Part shown: in pieces, positions 24,538 through 35,232 of the stretch
Numbering within the stretch: position 1 is the stretch's first letter
Layout: each line of letters begins with the position of its first letter
Source of the DNA: Thermoanaerobaculales bacterium
GTDB lineage: Bacteria > Acidobacteriota > Thermoanaerobaculia > Thermoanaerobaculales > Sulfomarinibacteraceae
Length of the DNA stretch: 64,000 bases
NCBI GenBank assembly: GCA_025456145.1
Contig: JALOLD010000005.1
Coordinates: forward strand, 94,486-158,485
Direction: 5' to 3'
The notes under the pieces: model-generated
Database searches by the model: none
Told to the model about the DNA's origin: nothing
The model's input: the letters and a program-made list of their open reading frames with translations, nothing else
Made by a program: the position numbers and the translations under genes

Positions 24538-25899
24538 TTGATCGACGGGCGCGGCGGCGCCGACCGGCCGGGGCCCGGGGTCGTGGTCGTCGGTGGCGGG
24601 CTCGCGGGCAGCGAAGCGGCCTGGCAGCTCGCGGCCGCGGGCGTCCCGGTGCGCCTGGTCGAGATGCGCCCGGTGCGGGCGACGCCGGTCCACCGGACCG
24701 ACCGTTTCGCCGAGCTGGTCTGCTCGAACTCGCTGCGCGGCGACGACCCGAGCAATGCGGTCGGCCTGCTCAAACGCGAGATGGAGGCCCTCGACTCGAT
24801 CATCATCGGGGCGGCGCGCGCCGCGGCGGTGCCGGCGGGTGGCGCCCTCGCGGTCGATCGCGACCGCTTCGCCGCGACCGTCACCCGGGCGGTCGCCGGC
24901 CACCCGTTGATCTCGGTGGAGCGGTGCGAGCTGACCGAGCTTCCCGCCGGGCCGGCGGTCGTCGCCACCGGGCCGCTGACCAGCCCGGCTCTCCACCGGG
25001 CCCTCGAGGGCCTGCTCGGCGAGGGCTCGCTCGCCTTCTTCGACGCGGTCGCCCCGATCGTCGCGCTCGACTCGATCGACCTCGGCCGGGTCTTCCGAGC
25101 CTCGCGCTACGACAAGGGCGGCGACGACTACCTCAACATCCCCCTCGATCGCCCCGCCTACGAGAGCTTCGTGGCCTCGCTGCTCTCCGCCGAGACCGTG
25201 GCCTTCAAGGACTTCGAAGCCGCCGACATGCGGTACTTCGAGGGCTGTCTACCGATCGAGGTCATGGCCGTACGGGGGCTCGACACCCTGCGCTGGGGGC
25301 CGATGAAGCCGGTCGGCCTGGTCGACCCGGCGACCGGCGCCCAGCCCTGGGCGGTGGTCCAGCTCCGCCAGGACGACCTGGCCGCCGAGCACTGGAACAT
25401 GGTCGGTTTCCAGACCAAGCTCACCCACGCCGAGCAGGTGAGGATCTTCCGCCAGCTGCCGGGGCTCGAGAGGGCGCGGTTCGTGCGTCTCGGTCTGATC
25501 CACCGCAACACCTTCATCAACGCGCCGGCACACCTCGACGGGACGCTCCGGGTGAGGCGTCGACCGGAGCTCCGGCTGGCCGGCCAGCTAACCGGGGTCG
25601 AGGGCTATGTCGAGTCGGCGGCGACCGGGCTGATCGCCGGTCGGACGCTCGCCGCCGAGCTCGCCGGCCTCGAGCCGTCGCCGCCGCCGCCGAGCACCGC
25701 CTTCGGCGGGCTGATCCGCCACCTCACGGCGAGGCCGCCGGCGGCATTCCAGCCGGCGAACATCACCTGGGGCCTCATCCCGTGCCCGCCGGAGCTGCGC
25801 TCGATCCGCTCGAAGACCGCGCGCCGGACGGCCCAGGCGGAGCACGCCCTCGCCGAGATCGCCGCCTGGGGCCGGTCCCTCCAGCCCACCGGCGCGTGA
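24538..25899 (+). CDS. trmFO: methylenetetrahydrofolate--tRNA-(uracil54-C5)-methyltransferase TrmFO
   Basis: 453 aa with a TTG start after GGAGGG. VVGGGLAGSEAAWQLA, ELVCSNSLR and MVGFQTKL are present. The dprA-trmFO-xerC neighbourhood resembles that of Firmicutes. Confidence 0.9.
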   Translation: MIDGRGGADRPGPGVVVVGGGLAGSEAAWQLAAAGVPVRLVEMRPVRATPVHRTDRFAELVCSNSLRGDDPSNAVGLLKREMEALDSIIIGAARAAAVPAGGALAVDRDRFAATVTRAVAGHPLISVERCELTELPAGPAVVATGPLTSPALHRALEGLLGEGSLAFFDAVAPIVALDSIDLGRVFRASRYDKGGDDYLNIPLDRPAYESFVASLLSAETVAFKDFEAADMRYFEGCLPIEVMAVRGLDTLRWGPMKPVGLVDPATGAQPWAVVQLRQDDLAAEHWNMVGFQTKLTHAEQVRIFRQLPGLERARFVRLGLIHRNTFINAPAHLDGTLRVRRRPELRLAGQLTGVEGYVESAATGLIAGRTLAAELAGLEPSPPPPSTAFGGLIRHLTARPPAAFQPANITWGLIPCPPELRSIRSKTARRTAQAEHALAEIAAWGRSLQPTGA

Positions 25900-25980
25900 C
25901 CCCGCTCACCTCCGGCCACGAACCTTTTCGCCCGCCCGATCGTCTATAGGGGTGGCAACGGTGCGATCGGAGGCGGCGAG

Positions 25981-26220
25981 ATGAGAGGCGAGCGGCAGAC
26001 CCGAGAGAGCGAGCCGGCACGACCGCGATTCGCGGATCGCAAGACGCCGGTGATCACCGACGACGGCGGCGAGGTGGCGCTCGCGCTGCTCGAGGTCGGA
26101 CAGCCGACCACCGCCGGCGAGACCTTCGTCCACCGCGGCCGGAGGTGGGTCATCAGCGGCCGCCGACAGGACAGCCGGGTGCTGGTGGCGAGGCCGGCTA
26201 CCGAGCCGGGTCGGGCGTGA
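25981..26220 (+). CDS. small hypothetical protein (79 aa)
   Basis: ATG preceded by GGAGG at 7 nt. Third-position G/C is high across the frame, and no other gene occupies the gap. I recognise no family. Confidence 0.3.
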   Translation: MRGERQTRESEPARPRFADRKTPVITDDGGEVALALLEVGQPTTAGETFVHRGRRWVISGRRQDSRVLVARPATEPGRA

Positions 26221-26236
26221 CCGCCGGGGCGGGTCA

Positions 26237-26420
26237 CTAGCCCGGACTATTCATGAGCTGTCTGCTGCGGCCAACGATGCATCCGCGTCAGCCGCGTTTT
26301 CTCACCTCGGGGTGCTCGACGTACAGTCAAGTACGCCTCCCCGCCCCGAGGTGAGAAAACGCGACTGCCATCGGCGCCTCGTTGCCCTCGCGACGAAACC
26401 TCATGAAGAGTCCGGGCTAG
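26237..26420. repeat. 184-nt nested imperfect palindrome (MITE/ERIC-like) abutting the xerC stop
   Basis: The outer inverted repeat is CTAGCCCGGACTATTCATGAG (26237-26257) against CTCATGAAGAGTCCGGGCTAG (26400-26420), with 1 mismatch. The inner perfect 20-bp inverted repeat is CGCGTTTTCTCACCTCGGGG (26293-26312) against CCCCGAGGTGAGAAAACGCG (26344-26363). The segments between are partly complementary. CTAG is present at both ends. Confidence 0.5.
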
Positions 26421-27330
26421 TCGTCGTCTCCGGCCCGGGGGTGGGCGGTCCGGTAGACCGCCATCAGGTGCGCCAGGTCGACCCCGGTGTAGATCTGGGT
26501 CGTCGCCAGCGAGCTGTGACCGAGCAGCTCCTGGATCGCTCGCAGATCCATCCCCGCCTCGAGCAGATGGGTGGCGAAGGCGTGGCGCAACGAGTGGGGG
26601 TGGATCCGGTGGATGTCGGCGGTCCGCCGCACCGCCGCGGCGAGCAGACGGCGCACCGAGCGGTCGGAGAGCCGACCGCCGCGTTGGTTGACGAACAGGG
26701 GGTCGTCGCCGCCCGGGAGGTCGAGCCGCCACCGGGCACGATCGGGCAGGTAGGTGGTGACGGCCTCGGCGGCCCGCCGGCCGAAGGGCACGAGGCGCTC
26801 CTTGCGGCCCTTGCCGCGGACCCGGAGCAGGCGACCGTCGAGGGACAGATCGTCGAGATCGAGGCCGACGAGCTCGCCGACCCGCAGCCCGGCGCCGTAG
26901 AGCAGCTCGACCACCGCGAGGTCGCGGCGACCGACCGGGCTGTCCGGGAAGCCTTCGAGGAGCTCCTCGAGGGCGTAGCGGTCGACGACCTCGGGTTGGC
27001 TCCGCGGGGTCCTGGGCAGCGGCACGGCGAGCGCCGGGTTGGCGCCGACCACCCCCTCGGCGACGAGGTACGAGAAGTAGGTCCGGATGCTTGACAGCGC
27101 GCGCTCGAGGGACCGCGGACCGAGCCGCTGCTGCCACAGGTCGGCGATGAAGTCGCGGACGTCGCGGCCGCGCACCTCCTCCGGGGTGGCACAACGCTCG
27201 CCGACGAGGTCGATGAAGCGGACGAGCTCGCGCCGGTAGGCCCGGAGGGTGGCCGGCGAGAGGTTGCGCTCGAACTCGAGGTGCTCGAGGAAGGGCTCCT
27301 CGTGCCAGGACGGGGCGTCGTCGCGGCGCC

Positions 27331-27334
<4 letters not shown>
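26417..27334 (-). CDS. xerC: tyrosine recombinase XerC/XerD family
   Basis: From ATG 27334 (MRRRDDAPSWHEEPFLEHLEFERNLSPATLRAYRREL...) with catalytic motifs LLYGAGLRVGEL, HSLRHAFATHLLEAG and LGHSSLATTQIYTGV. It has an ATGA overlap with the upstream GT2 gene. C versus D cannot be decided here. Confidence 0.9.
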
Positions 27335-28083
<749 letters not shown>

Positions 28084-28111
28084 GCCCCGACCGCGCAGCC
28101 GGTCGCGCGGG

Positions 28112-28621
28112 TCAGGCGACGGGAAGCTGCCTCAAGGGGGCGGCGGCGGCCGCGGCGAGCGGTGACAAACGGGCGCCGAGCAGCCCGGGAGCGCCGAGCA
28201 ACAGGGCGCAGACCGCCGCCACGGCGACCACCAGGCCGACCCGCCCCGCCGACACCCGGCGCGAGAAGGAGAGCCCGGCGAGGAGCATCCCCGGGGTGGC
28301 CTGGCGCACCGTGACCAGAGCCGCCGCGGCGACGACCCACCAGAGGGCGCCGAGCGCGCCCGCCCAGGGAAGCGCGCCGAGGCTCGGCCGGTGACCCAGG
28401 GCGTCGAGCCCGAGCAGGGTTGCGGCGCAGACGACGAGAACCGCGACCGCGTCGGCCCAGGATGCGGCCATCACGCTGAGCATCGGCGGCGCGGAGTGCG
28501 GCCCGGGGCCGGGCGCCGCGCCGCCCGGGTCGGGCGCGGCGGACCCATCGAAGGCGCCGCGGACGACGTCCCAGTCGTCGGGGAAGTCGCGCTGCCGGGT
28601 CGGCTCGTCGAGGTCGGTCAC
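28112..28621 (-). CDS. RDD-like small membrane protein
   Basis: In-frame GTG 28621 (GTGA overlap with the TPR gene stop). There are three predicted TM helices, and RQATPGMLLAGLSF resembles the RDD-family GxTPGMxxxGL motif. The start is uncertain (internal MLSVMAAS is also possible). Confidence 0.5.
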   Translation of the reverse strand: MTDLDEPTRQRDFPDDWDVVRGAFDGSAAPDPGGAAPGPGPHSAPPMLSVMAASWADAVAVLVVCAATLLGLDALGHRPSLGALPWAGALGALWWVVAAAALVTVRQATPGMLLAGLSFSRRVSAGRVGLVVAVAAVCALLLGAPGLLGARLSPLAAAAAAPLRQLPVA

Positions 28622-30867
28622 CGCTCGCCCATGCTGCGGATGAAGATCTCGAGCCGCATGTCGGCCGCCCGAACCTTGTAGGTCTGCACGAACTCGAGGA
28701 AACGCACCGCCTCCTCGTCCTCGGGCTTGAGCTCGAGCAGACGGGAGAGGTGGTTCTCCGCGCCGGTCAGGTTGTAGGCCCGCGACTCGGCGAGCGCGGC
28801 GTTGAACAGGCTGCGCTCGAGGACCACGAGCAGGTCTCCCTGCCCCGGGTATTGTCCGAGGAGGTCCTCGGTGATGCTGACCGCGGAGCGGAAGTCGCGG
28901 TTCCGGATCGCCGTGTCGAGCACCTCGGCCTCGGGCTCGTTCTCGATGATCAGGGCCCGGATCTCCTGCAGCCCGGCGTCGTCGGGGTGGGCCTTGATGC
29001 CGTCGCTGGCGGCCATGTACGCCGACCACCACAGACCCTGATCGAGCAGCGTCCGGGCGCGGACCGCGAACTCCGGCACCGGGGTCGGGGTCGGCGGTGC
29101 GAGGCTCTCCTCGTACTTCGCGATCCGCAGGTCGATCCGCTGCTTCGACAGCCCGGAGGCCGGGTACTCGCGGAGCAGGTGGAGCGCCTCCTCGACCTTG
29201 TGCTCCTTGAACCGCCGGTCGGCCTCGAGAAGCAGCTCGTTCACCGCCGAGGAGTCGTCGACCTCGCCCGCCGGAGCGAAGAACCGTGCGCCGAGCCAGG
29301 CGCCGGCGAGAATCACGAGCAGCGCGACCCCGGCGATGGCGAGCAGGCGAGCCGGGAGCCGTGCGCGCAGGCGGTCGACGAGCGACAGCTCCTCGAAGTC
29401 GTCGAACCCGACATCGTCGGCCTCGCCGAGTCGGGTCGGGTCGATCCCGGCCGCCTCGGCGACCGCCTGGGCGACCGGTCCGGGGGCGGAACCGGTGAGA
29501 TCGCTGAACAGATCGTCGTCGAGCTGGGGCAGCTCGGGCGGCGCCGAAACGGCGTCGCCCCCGCGAGCCGGGGCGGGACGTGGCCGGGGCGTCGCCGGAC
29601 CGCCGGGAATCGAGCTGCCGAGCTCGCGTTCGACCTCCTCCTTGAGCATGGTGACCGCGAGGTGGTTCGGGCGCAGGCCGAGAGCCTTCGAGACGAGCTG
29701 GGACGAGGCCGCGTACTCCCCCTCGTCGAAGGCGTCCCGCGCCTTGTTGAGCAGGGCATCGACCTCGGCCTCGCTGTCGGCAAGGCGCTTCTTGGCCTGG
29801 ACGATGAGATGTCCGGCCTCGGGGTGGTTGGGCTTGATGAGGAAGACCCGCGACCACGAGGAGATCGCCTGGGCCTCATCGCCGCGGTCCATCGCGGCCT
29901 GTCCCCGCGCGATGAGCTCACCGATGGTCTCGGCCACCGAGTCGTGTCCCGACCGGTCGCCCGGGCCGAGATCGGGGTGGTCGTCGGCAAACCGCTCGTC
30001 GGCGACGGAGCCGCCGGCCAGGCCGCCGGCGGTCGGCGCGGTGAAGAGGTCCGCGGCGTCGTCGATCGGCTGGAAGGAGGGGTCGACCGGGCGGCTGGCG
30101 AATCCGGCCGAGGCCTCGAGCGGCGGCATCCTCTGGTCGTCGTCGATCAGATCGGCGAACGGGTCGGCGGTGTCGAACTCCACGGCAAAGGCGTCGCCGG
30201 TGTCGGCCGGCGACGGAGGGGCGGTGCGCGGCCGTGGGCTGACCGGACCGGTGGCGACGTCCGTAGAACGGGGGGGCGGCTGGGCCGGGGCCGCGGCTTG
30301 CGACAGGGCGAGCCCGCCGGTGTCGTCGATCTCCTTGAGGGTGGTGGCGATGCCGGTGTGGTGCGGGTCGAGGGCCTGCGCCATCATGACGAAGTTCGCC
30401 GCTTCCTGCGGGTCGCCGCTGGCGAGCGCCTCGCGCGCCTGGACGAGGAACTGGCCGACCTGGCCTTCGACCTTCAGCGCCTTGTCGATCTGGTCGCGCA
30501 GCTCCCTCGCCTCCGGGTGGCCCGGAAGGTCCACGAGAACCCGCTCGACCTTGTCCTTGGCGGCGAGGAACTCGCGGGAGTTGAAGTCGTCGACCGCCTC
30601 GATGAGCAGTGTGTTGATCGCGTCGGTGGTCGGCGCCTGGAGCTGGGCGATGACATCGCCGAGGTCGATCTCCTTGGCGCTGGCCGCGAGCTGACGTTTC
30701 AGACCGGCCGCCGGGGCGAACTTCGGGTCGAGCCGGAGCACGAACTCCAGACCGATCATGGCCTCCTCGCGCTGACCCGCCTGGAGGTTCGTCAGCACCT
30801 GCTTGAAGGCCGTCATCACCCGCTCTTGTGCCTGGACCGAAAGTCCTGAGTTCCCGGGATATGACAT
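28618..30867 (-). CDS. TPR-repeat protein with a central TM helix
   Basis: 749 aa with TPR-like helical repeats at both ends, an acidic/Pro-rich linker and one TM (LLAIAGVALLVILAGAWLGARFF). Codon usage is good. Function is unknown. Confidence 0.75.
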   Translation of the reverse strand: MSYPGNSGLSVQAQERVMTAFKQVLTNLQAGQREEAMIGLEFVLRLDPKFAPAAGLKRQLAASAKEIDLGDVIAQLQAPTTDAINTLLIEAVDDFNSREFLAAKDKVERVLVDLPGHPEARELRDQIDKALKVEGQVGQFLVQAREALASGDPQEAANFVMMAQALDPHHTGIATTLKEIDDTGGLALSQAAAPAQPPPRSTDVATGPVSPRPRTAPPSPADTGDAFAVEFDTADPFADLIDDDQRMPPLEASAGFASRPVDPSFQPIDDAADLFTAPTAGGLAGGSVADERFADDHPDLGPGDRSGHDSVAETIGELIARGQAAMDRGDEAQAISSWSRVFLIKPNHPEAGHLIVQAKKRLADSEAEVDALLNKARDAFDEGEYAASSQLVSKALGLRPNHLAVTMLKEEVERELGSSIPGGPATPRPRPAPARGGDAVSAPPELPQLDDDLFSDLTGSAPGPVAQAVAEAAGIDPTRLGEADDVGFDDFEELSLVDRLRARLPARLLAIAGVALLVILAGAWLGARFFAPAGEVDDSSAVNELLLEADRRFKEHKVEEALHLLREYPASGLSKQRIDLRIAKYEESLAPPTPTPVPEFAVRARTLLDQGLWWSAYMAASDGIKAHPDDAGLQEIRALIIENEPEAEVLDTAIRNRDFRSAVSITEDLLGQYPGQGDLLVVLERSLFNAALAESRAYNLTGAENHLSRLLELKPEDEEAVRFLEFVQTYKVRAADMRLEIFIRSMGER

Positions 30868-30939
30868 CGCCTATCGATGGTAGCAAGCGGTCCGTTGAAC
30901 GGTCAACGAGGCGGTGCGATCTCGATCACCGCGACCGGC

Positions 30940-33093
30940 TCATTCTCCGCCGAGGGCCGGGCCGGAACCGTCGCCCGATTCACCGCCGGCCGTGACCGGC
31001 GGACCCGAGAGGGCGGCGCCGGCGAGGACGATGGTGACGACGGCGCCCCTCGGCGCCCGGTTGGCGATCTTCAGGGTCCCGCCATGCTCGGTGACGATCC
31101 GGTGGACCAGTGCGAGACCGATCCCCGAGCCGCGGCCCTTGGTCGAGAAGAAGGGCCGGAGGAGGACCTCGGGGTCGTCGGTCGGCAGGCCGACGCCGGT
31201 GTCGGCGACCTCGAGGACCAGATCGTGGCCGTCGGCTCGCGCCGCCACCGAGATCGCGCCGGGACCCGGAATCGCCGCCACCGAGTTGTCGAGGAGATTC
31301 ACCAAAGCCTGGCCGAGCAGCACCGGGTCGACGTTGCCCCAGAGATCCTCGGCGGGCAGCTCGAGGTCGACCGTGAGCTCGTCGCGGATGCCGTCGTACA
31401 GCGACACGACCTCCCGGAGGATCCGGTTGACCGAAGAGGGCCGGGGCCTGACCGAGGGCATCCGGGCATACTCGCGGAAGCTGTCGACGAGCTGCTTGAG
31501 CCCCGCCACCTGGGCGACGATCGCGTCGCAGCCCGACGACACGACCTCGCCGAGCTTCGGGTCGAGGTCGCCGGCGTGGCGGTGGATCCGCTCCGCGGCG
31601 AGCTGGATCGGGGTCAGCGGGTTCTTGATCTCGTGCGCGATGCGCTGGGCGACCTCGCTCCACGCCGCTTGTCGCTGGGCGGCGACGAGCTGGGTGAGGT
31701 CGTCGATGGCGACCACGCTGCCGCCGCCGGCGAGCGGGGTGATCGTCACCTCGACATGCCGGGCCGAGCCCCCCGACTCGAGGTCCGTCTCGAACCGGGT
31801 CTCGCGTCCCGGGCCGCCGGCGAGGTGGCGACGGAGCTCGTCCGGGCCCGCCGCGTCGAGATCGCCGAGCGGCCGCCACTCGCCAGCCCACTCCTGATGG
31901 CCGAGCATCGCGGCCGCCGCCGGGTTGGCGCGGAAGGTATCGTTCTCGGCGTCGACGGTGAGCACGCCGGTCGGGATGGTGGCGAGCAGGGTCGCCATCT
32001 CGTTGGCCGAGGCGCGGATGTCGGCCTCGGTCTCCTTGACCCTGCGCACCATGGCGTTGAACGAGTCGACGAGCACCGCCATCTCGTCGGTCGCCGGGAC
32101 GACGACCTCGGCGAGCTCGTCGCCTCCGGCGACCCGTCGGGTGGCGTCGGCCACCGCGAGCATCGGCTCGGTGAACCGGCGCGACAGGTACAGCCCGGTC
32201 CACACGGTGCCGAAGAGGATCAACAGCGTGATCGCGAGGAAGACCAGGATGGTGGTCGACGTGACCATGCCGCGGGAGACCTTCATCTCCTGGAACTCGA
32301 CGTGGGCCGCGGTCGCCCGGTCGAGATGCTGGAGCAGCTTGCGGGGCAGGATCGTCCCGACCACGACCGTCGACTCGCCGTCGTCCATCGGCTGCCAGGC
32401 CCGGACCAGCAGGACGCTGCGCCAACGATCCGCCCTGACCCCGGACCTCGGCAGCTCGTCGAGGGCGAGCGGAGGCAGGGCGGCCGGCAGGCGGCGCGGG
32501 TCGGTCACCGCCTGGACGAGCTCGCCACCCTCGTAGATCGCGACCAGGTCGACGCCGAGCACCGCCCTGACCCTGGCCAGACGTTGCGAGCTCGGCCGAC
32601 GGCCGAGCTCGTCGTTGGCGACCGCGGCCTGCTCGGCGAGCCGGCTCTCGACCGCCTCGCGCAGCTCGACCGTGACCTCCGACCCGACGAGCAGGATCTC
32701 CTCGACCGGCGACGAGAACCAGCGGTCGATCGAGCGTTGGAGCAGGTTGGTGGCGATGAGGAAGATGAAGATGACCGGGACGAAGGTCAGCGCGACATAG
32801 GTGAGGACCAGCTTGGTGCGGAAGCGGCCGCCGAGGATCCCGCTGCGCCACTCGACCACCAGCTTGAAGACGTTGCGGATCAGGACGAAGGAGAGGATCA
32901 GGATGAGCGAGATGTCGAGATACCAAAGAACGAACAGCAAAAGCCGGTTGGTCAGCTCGTCCGGGGACACGTCCTGGGCGCGTTGCAGCAGGTAGAACGC
33001 GGCGGTCGCCAGGGTCATCAGGAAGACGAAGGCGCCGAGCAGGAACCGATTTTCTCGTCGGTGCCGGTTCCAGGCTCGGCTGAGCGCGCGCAT
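30940..33093 (-). CDS. NtrY-like sensor histidine kinase (multi-TM, HAMP, PAS, HisKA, HATPase)
   Basis: 717 aa with N-terminal TM helices. H-box AHEIKNPLTPIQLAAERI is the NtrY-type H-box as I recall it. N/G boxes are LDNSVAA, DTGVGL and GSGIGLALV. Confidence 0.9.
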   Translation of the reverse strand: MRALSRAWNRHRRENRFLLGAFVFLMTLATAAFYLLQRAQDVSPDELTNRLLLFVLWYLDISLILILSFVLIRNVFKLVVEWRSGILGGRFRTKLVLTYVALTFVPVIFIFLIATNLLQRSIDRWFSSPVEEILLVGSEVTVELREAVESRLAEQAAVANDELGRRPSSQRLARVRAVLGVDLVAIYEGGELVQAVTDPRRLPAALPPLALDELPRSGVRADRWRSVLLVRAWQPMDDGESTVVVGTILPRKLLQHLDRATAAHVEFQEMKVSRGMVTSTTILVFLAITLLILFGTVWTGLYLSRRFTEPMLAVADATRRVAGGDELAEVVVPATDEMAVLVDSFNAMVRRVKETEADIRASANEMATLLATIPTGVLTVDAENDTFRANPAAAAMLGHQEWAGEWRPLGDLDAAGPDELRRHLAGGPGRETRFETDLESGGSARHVEVTITPLAGGGSVVAIDDLTQLVAAQRQAAWSEVAQRIAHEIKNPLTPIQLAAERIHRHAGDLDPKLGEVVSSGCDAIVAQVAGLKQLVDSFREYARMPSVRPRPSSVNRILREVVSLYDGIRDELTVDLELPAEDLWGNVDPVLLGQALVNLLDNSVAAIPGPGAISVAARADGHDLVLEVADTGVGLPTDDPEVLLRPFFSTKGRGSGIGLALVHRIVTEHGGTLKIANRAPRGAVVTIVLAGAALSGPPVTAGGESGDGSGPALGGE

Positions 33094-33096
33094 CGG

Positions 33097-33633
33097 CTAG
33101 TCGGCGGCCACGGGCTCGGAGAGGGGTTCGACCGCCAGCTCGACCCACGGTGTGGCCTCGTGGGTCGGAAAGACCAGCCACGTCGTGCCCGACGAGAAGA
33201 CCGCCCGGACGCGCACCTTGAGGGGGAGCCGCCGTCGCTCCTCCGGCAGCTCGACCCGGACCGGAGGTGGGCGGACGAGCCACCGGCGGGCGGCCTCGGC
33301 GGTGTCGACCTCGCCGGTCGAGGTGATGATGCCGTCGAGGATCACCTGACAGCGATAGCGGCCGGTCACCGGGTCGAAGCCGACGATCGAGACGAGCTCC
33401 CCGGACCACACCCGGTGGTCCCACAGCCCCCGGCGCTTTGCCTTCACCCGCAAGGGGTAGACCAACCTGACCTCGGCGCCGGCCGCGAGGGAGTCGTCGA
33501 GCTCGTCGGGCAGCGGCGCTTCGAGCCCGAAGCTCACCTCGACCGCTGCCGGCTCGCGGATCGCGGCGAGGGTCATCGGATCCGACTGGGCCGCCGCGGC
33601 GGCGACCAGCGCGAGCAGCAAGGCGCCGGGCAT
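33097..33633 (-). CDS. secreted DUF4390-like protein
   Basis: 178 aa with signal peptide MPGALLLALVAAAAAQ. It lies immediately upstream of the NtrY-like kinase (3-nt gap), the usual context of DUF4390. The family call is from memory of context and pattern and is not verified. Confidence 0.5.
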   Translation of the reverse strand: MPGALLLALVAAAAAQSDPMTLAAIREPAAVEVSFGLEAPLPDELDDSLAAGAEVRLVYPLRVKAKRRGLWDHRVWSGELVSIVGFDPVTGRYRCQVILDGIITSTGEVDTAEAARRWLVRPPPVRVELPEERRRLPLKVRVRAVFSSGTTWLVFPTHEATPWVELAVEPLSEPVAAD

Positions 33634-33714
33634 GACCGGCCGATTCTATCACCCGGGCGCGGTTCGACCGATCGCTGCTACAGTAGAGGATCGGACGCCG
33701 AGCGAGGAGTGCCG

Positions 33715-35232
33715 ATGATCGCGCCACACCAGATCTGGAGCCAGGACACGCTGCGGGCGTTCAAGGAGACCCTCTACCGGTTCATGGGAGAGGTCCACGC
33801 GACCAAGGCGGCGTTGTACCTCCGGGCTGCCGACCACGGGTGGGTTCTCGCCGGCCGCTACGGCTTCGGCCGGCGCGACCGCCTGAGCGCGAGCTTTGCC
33901 GACGACCACCCGATGGTCCGGATGGTCCGGGCGTTCGGCGCGGAGCCGAGGTTCTACAACGAGGCGAGCGAGCTCGGAGAGATCGGAACCTATCTCCGAG
34001 AGGCCGGAACCTCCCGCCTGATGCTCGCGCCGCTGACCGGGGCGGGGGGGCTGATCGGGTTCGTCGACATCCGCGACAAGGGCGGCCGTCGCCCCTTCGA
34101 GGCGCGCGACCTCGAGCTCGCCCGGACGATCGCCGCGGGCCTCGCCGAGCAGGTCGAGCGGGTCGAGGCCGGCGTAGACCGCCCGCCGGCCGCGAGCCCG
34201 GAGCACGACGCCGACGCGGCGCCGGCGCCCCCGGTGGGGGGCGGCGACGAGCCGCCTGCGCTGCTCGACGACGCCGGGCTCGAGGATCTGACCGCGGGCG
34301 CCGGCGACCTGCTCGCCGATACCCGGGTGGTGGCCGTCGGGATCGGTCTCGCGAGCGCCGGCTCGGCGGCCCTGCTCGTCATCCAACCGGCGGGCGCTCC
34401 GGCCGTCGAGCTCGAGCCGTTGGTCCGTCACCAGATCGAGGCGATGCGGCGGGAGTCGATGCCGGCCCCGCCACGGGCAGCCTGGAAGACCGAGATCCGC
34501 CGGACCGCCGGCCCGTCGGCGACCGCCCGCCGACCGGTGATCGCCTCCGCGCTGGTGCTCCGCGGGGCGGGCTGCTCGATGGCCGCGTCGGTGGTCGCCG
34601 ACGGCGATCCCGGGGTCGCGCGACGCACGGTCGAGCGGGTCCGCTCGCGGGCCGAGGCCGCCGCCGACCGGTTTCGTCTGCGGATCACCCGCCGCGGTCT
34701 CGCCCGTCGCCTGCTCCAGCCCGGCAACCGCCGCTACCCGGAGCTGGTGGCCCACTCGCTCGGCGTGTCGCGGCTGTGCTGGTCGATCGCCCGCGTCCTC
34801 GAGCTCGACGACCCGACCGTCGAACGGGCCGCGCTCGCCGGTCTGCTCCACGACGTCGGGATGCGCGAGCTCGACTACGACCGGCTGTATCTGCACCCGA
34901 CGCCGGGGCCGGAGGACCGGCGGACCTACCGGTTGCACGTCGAGGTCGGCGACCGAATCGTCCGGGTCGATGGCTTCGGCGAGGTTGCGGACGCGGTCCG
35001 GCACCATCACGAGAGATGGGACGGCAACGGCTACCCCGACCGGCTGATCGGCGAGTCGATCCCGTTGCTCGCGCGGATCGTCCACGTCGCCGAGGTCTTC
35101 GACCTCTTCACCGCCGCCAACTCCTACCGGCCGGCGGTGAGCCGCGAGCGCGCGCTGGCGATCCTCGAGCGGGCGGCCGGTCATCAGTTCGACCCCGGTG
35201 CGGTCGAAGCGATCGCCAAGGTCGTGGCATGA
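33715..35232 (+). CDS. GAF-domain / HD-GYP domain protein (putative c-di-GMP phosphodiesterase)
   Basis: C-terminal 505 codons of track ORF 30877..35232, from ATG 33715 after GAGGAG. It has LLHDVGM and HHERWDGNGYP (HD-GYP) motifs and an N-terminal GAF-like region. The first 946 codons of the ORF are antisense shadow over the kinase gene. Confidence 0.85.
   Translation: MIAPHQIWSQDTLRAFKETLYRFMGEVHATKAALYLRAADHGWVLAGRYGFGRRDRLSASFADDHPMVRMVRAFGAEPRFYNEASELGEIGTYLREAGTSRLMLAPLTGAGGLIGFVDIRDKGGRRPFEARDLELARTIAAGLAEQVERVEAGVDRPPAASPEHDADAAPAPPVGGGDEPPALLDDAGLEDLTAGAGDLLADTRVVAVGIGLASAGSAALLVIQPAGAPAVELEPLVRHQIEAMRRESMPAPPRAAWKTEIRRTAGPSATARRPVIASALVLRGAGCSMAASVVADGDPGVARRTVERVRSRAEAAADRFRLRITRRGLARRLLQPGNRRYPELVAHSLGVSRLCWSIARVLELDDPTVERAALAGLLHDVGMRELDYDRLYLHPTPGPEDRRTYRLHVEVGDRIVRVDGFGEVADAVRHHHERWDGNGYPDRLIGESIPLLARIVHVAEVFDLFTAANSYRPAVSRERALAILERAAGHQFDPGAVEAIAKVVA

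Noticed and set aside
30877-33714. N-terminal 946 codons of the 1451-aa forward ORF, plus the 915-aa reverse ORF 30980..33727
   Set aside because: These are shadow frames over the NtrY-like kinase and DUF4390-like genes. Only the last 505 codons (GAF/HD-GYP, from ATG 33715 with SD) have real domain content.
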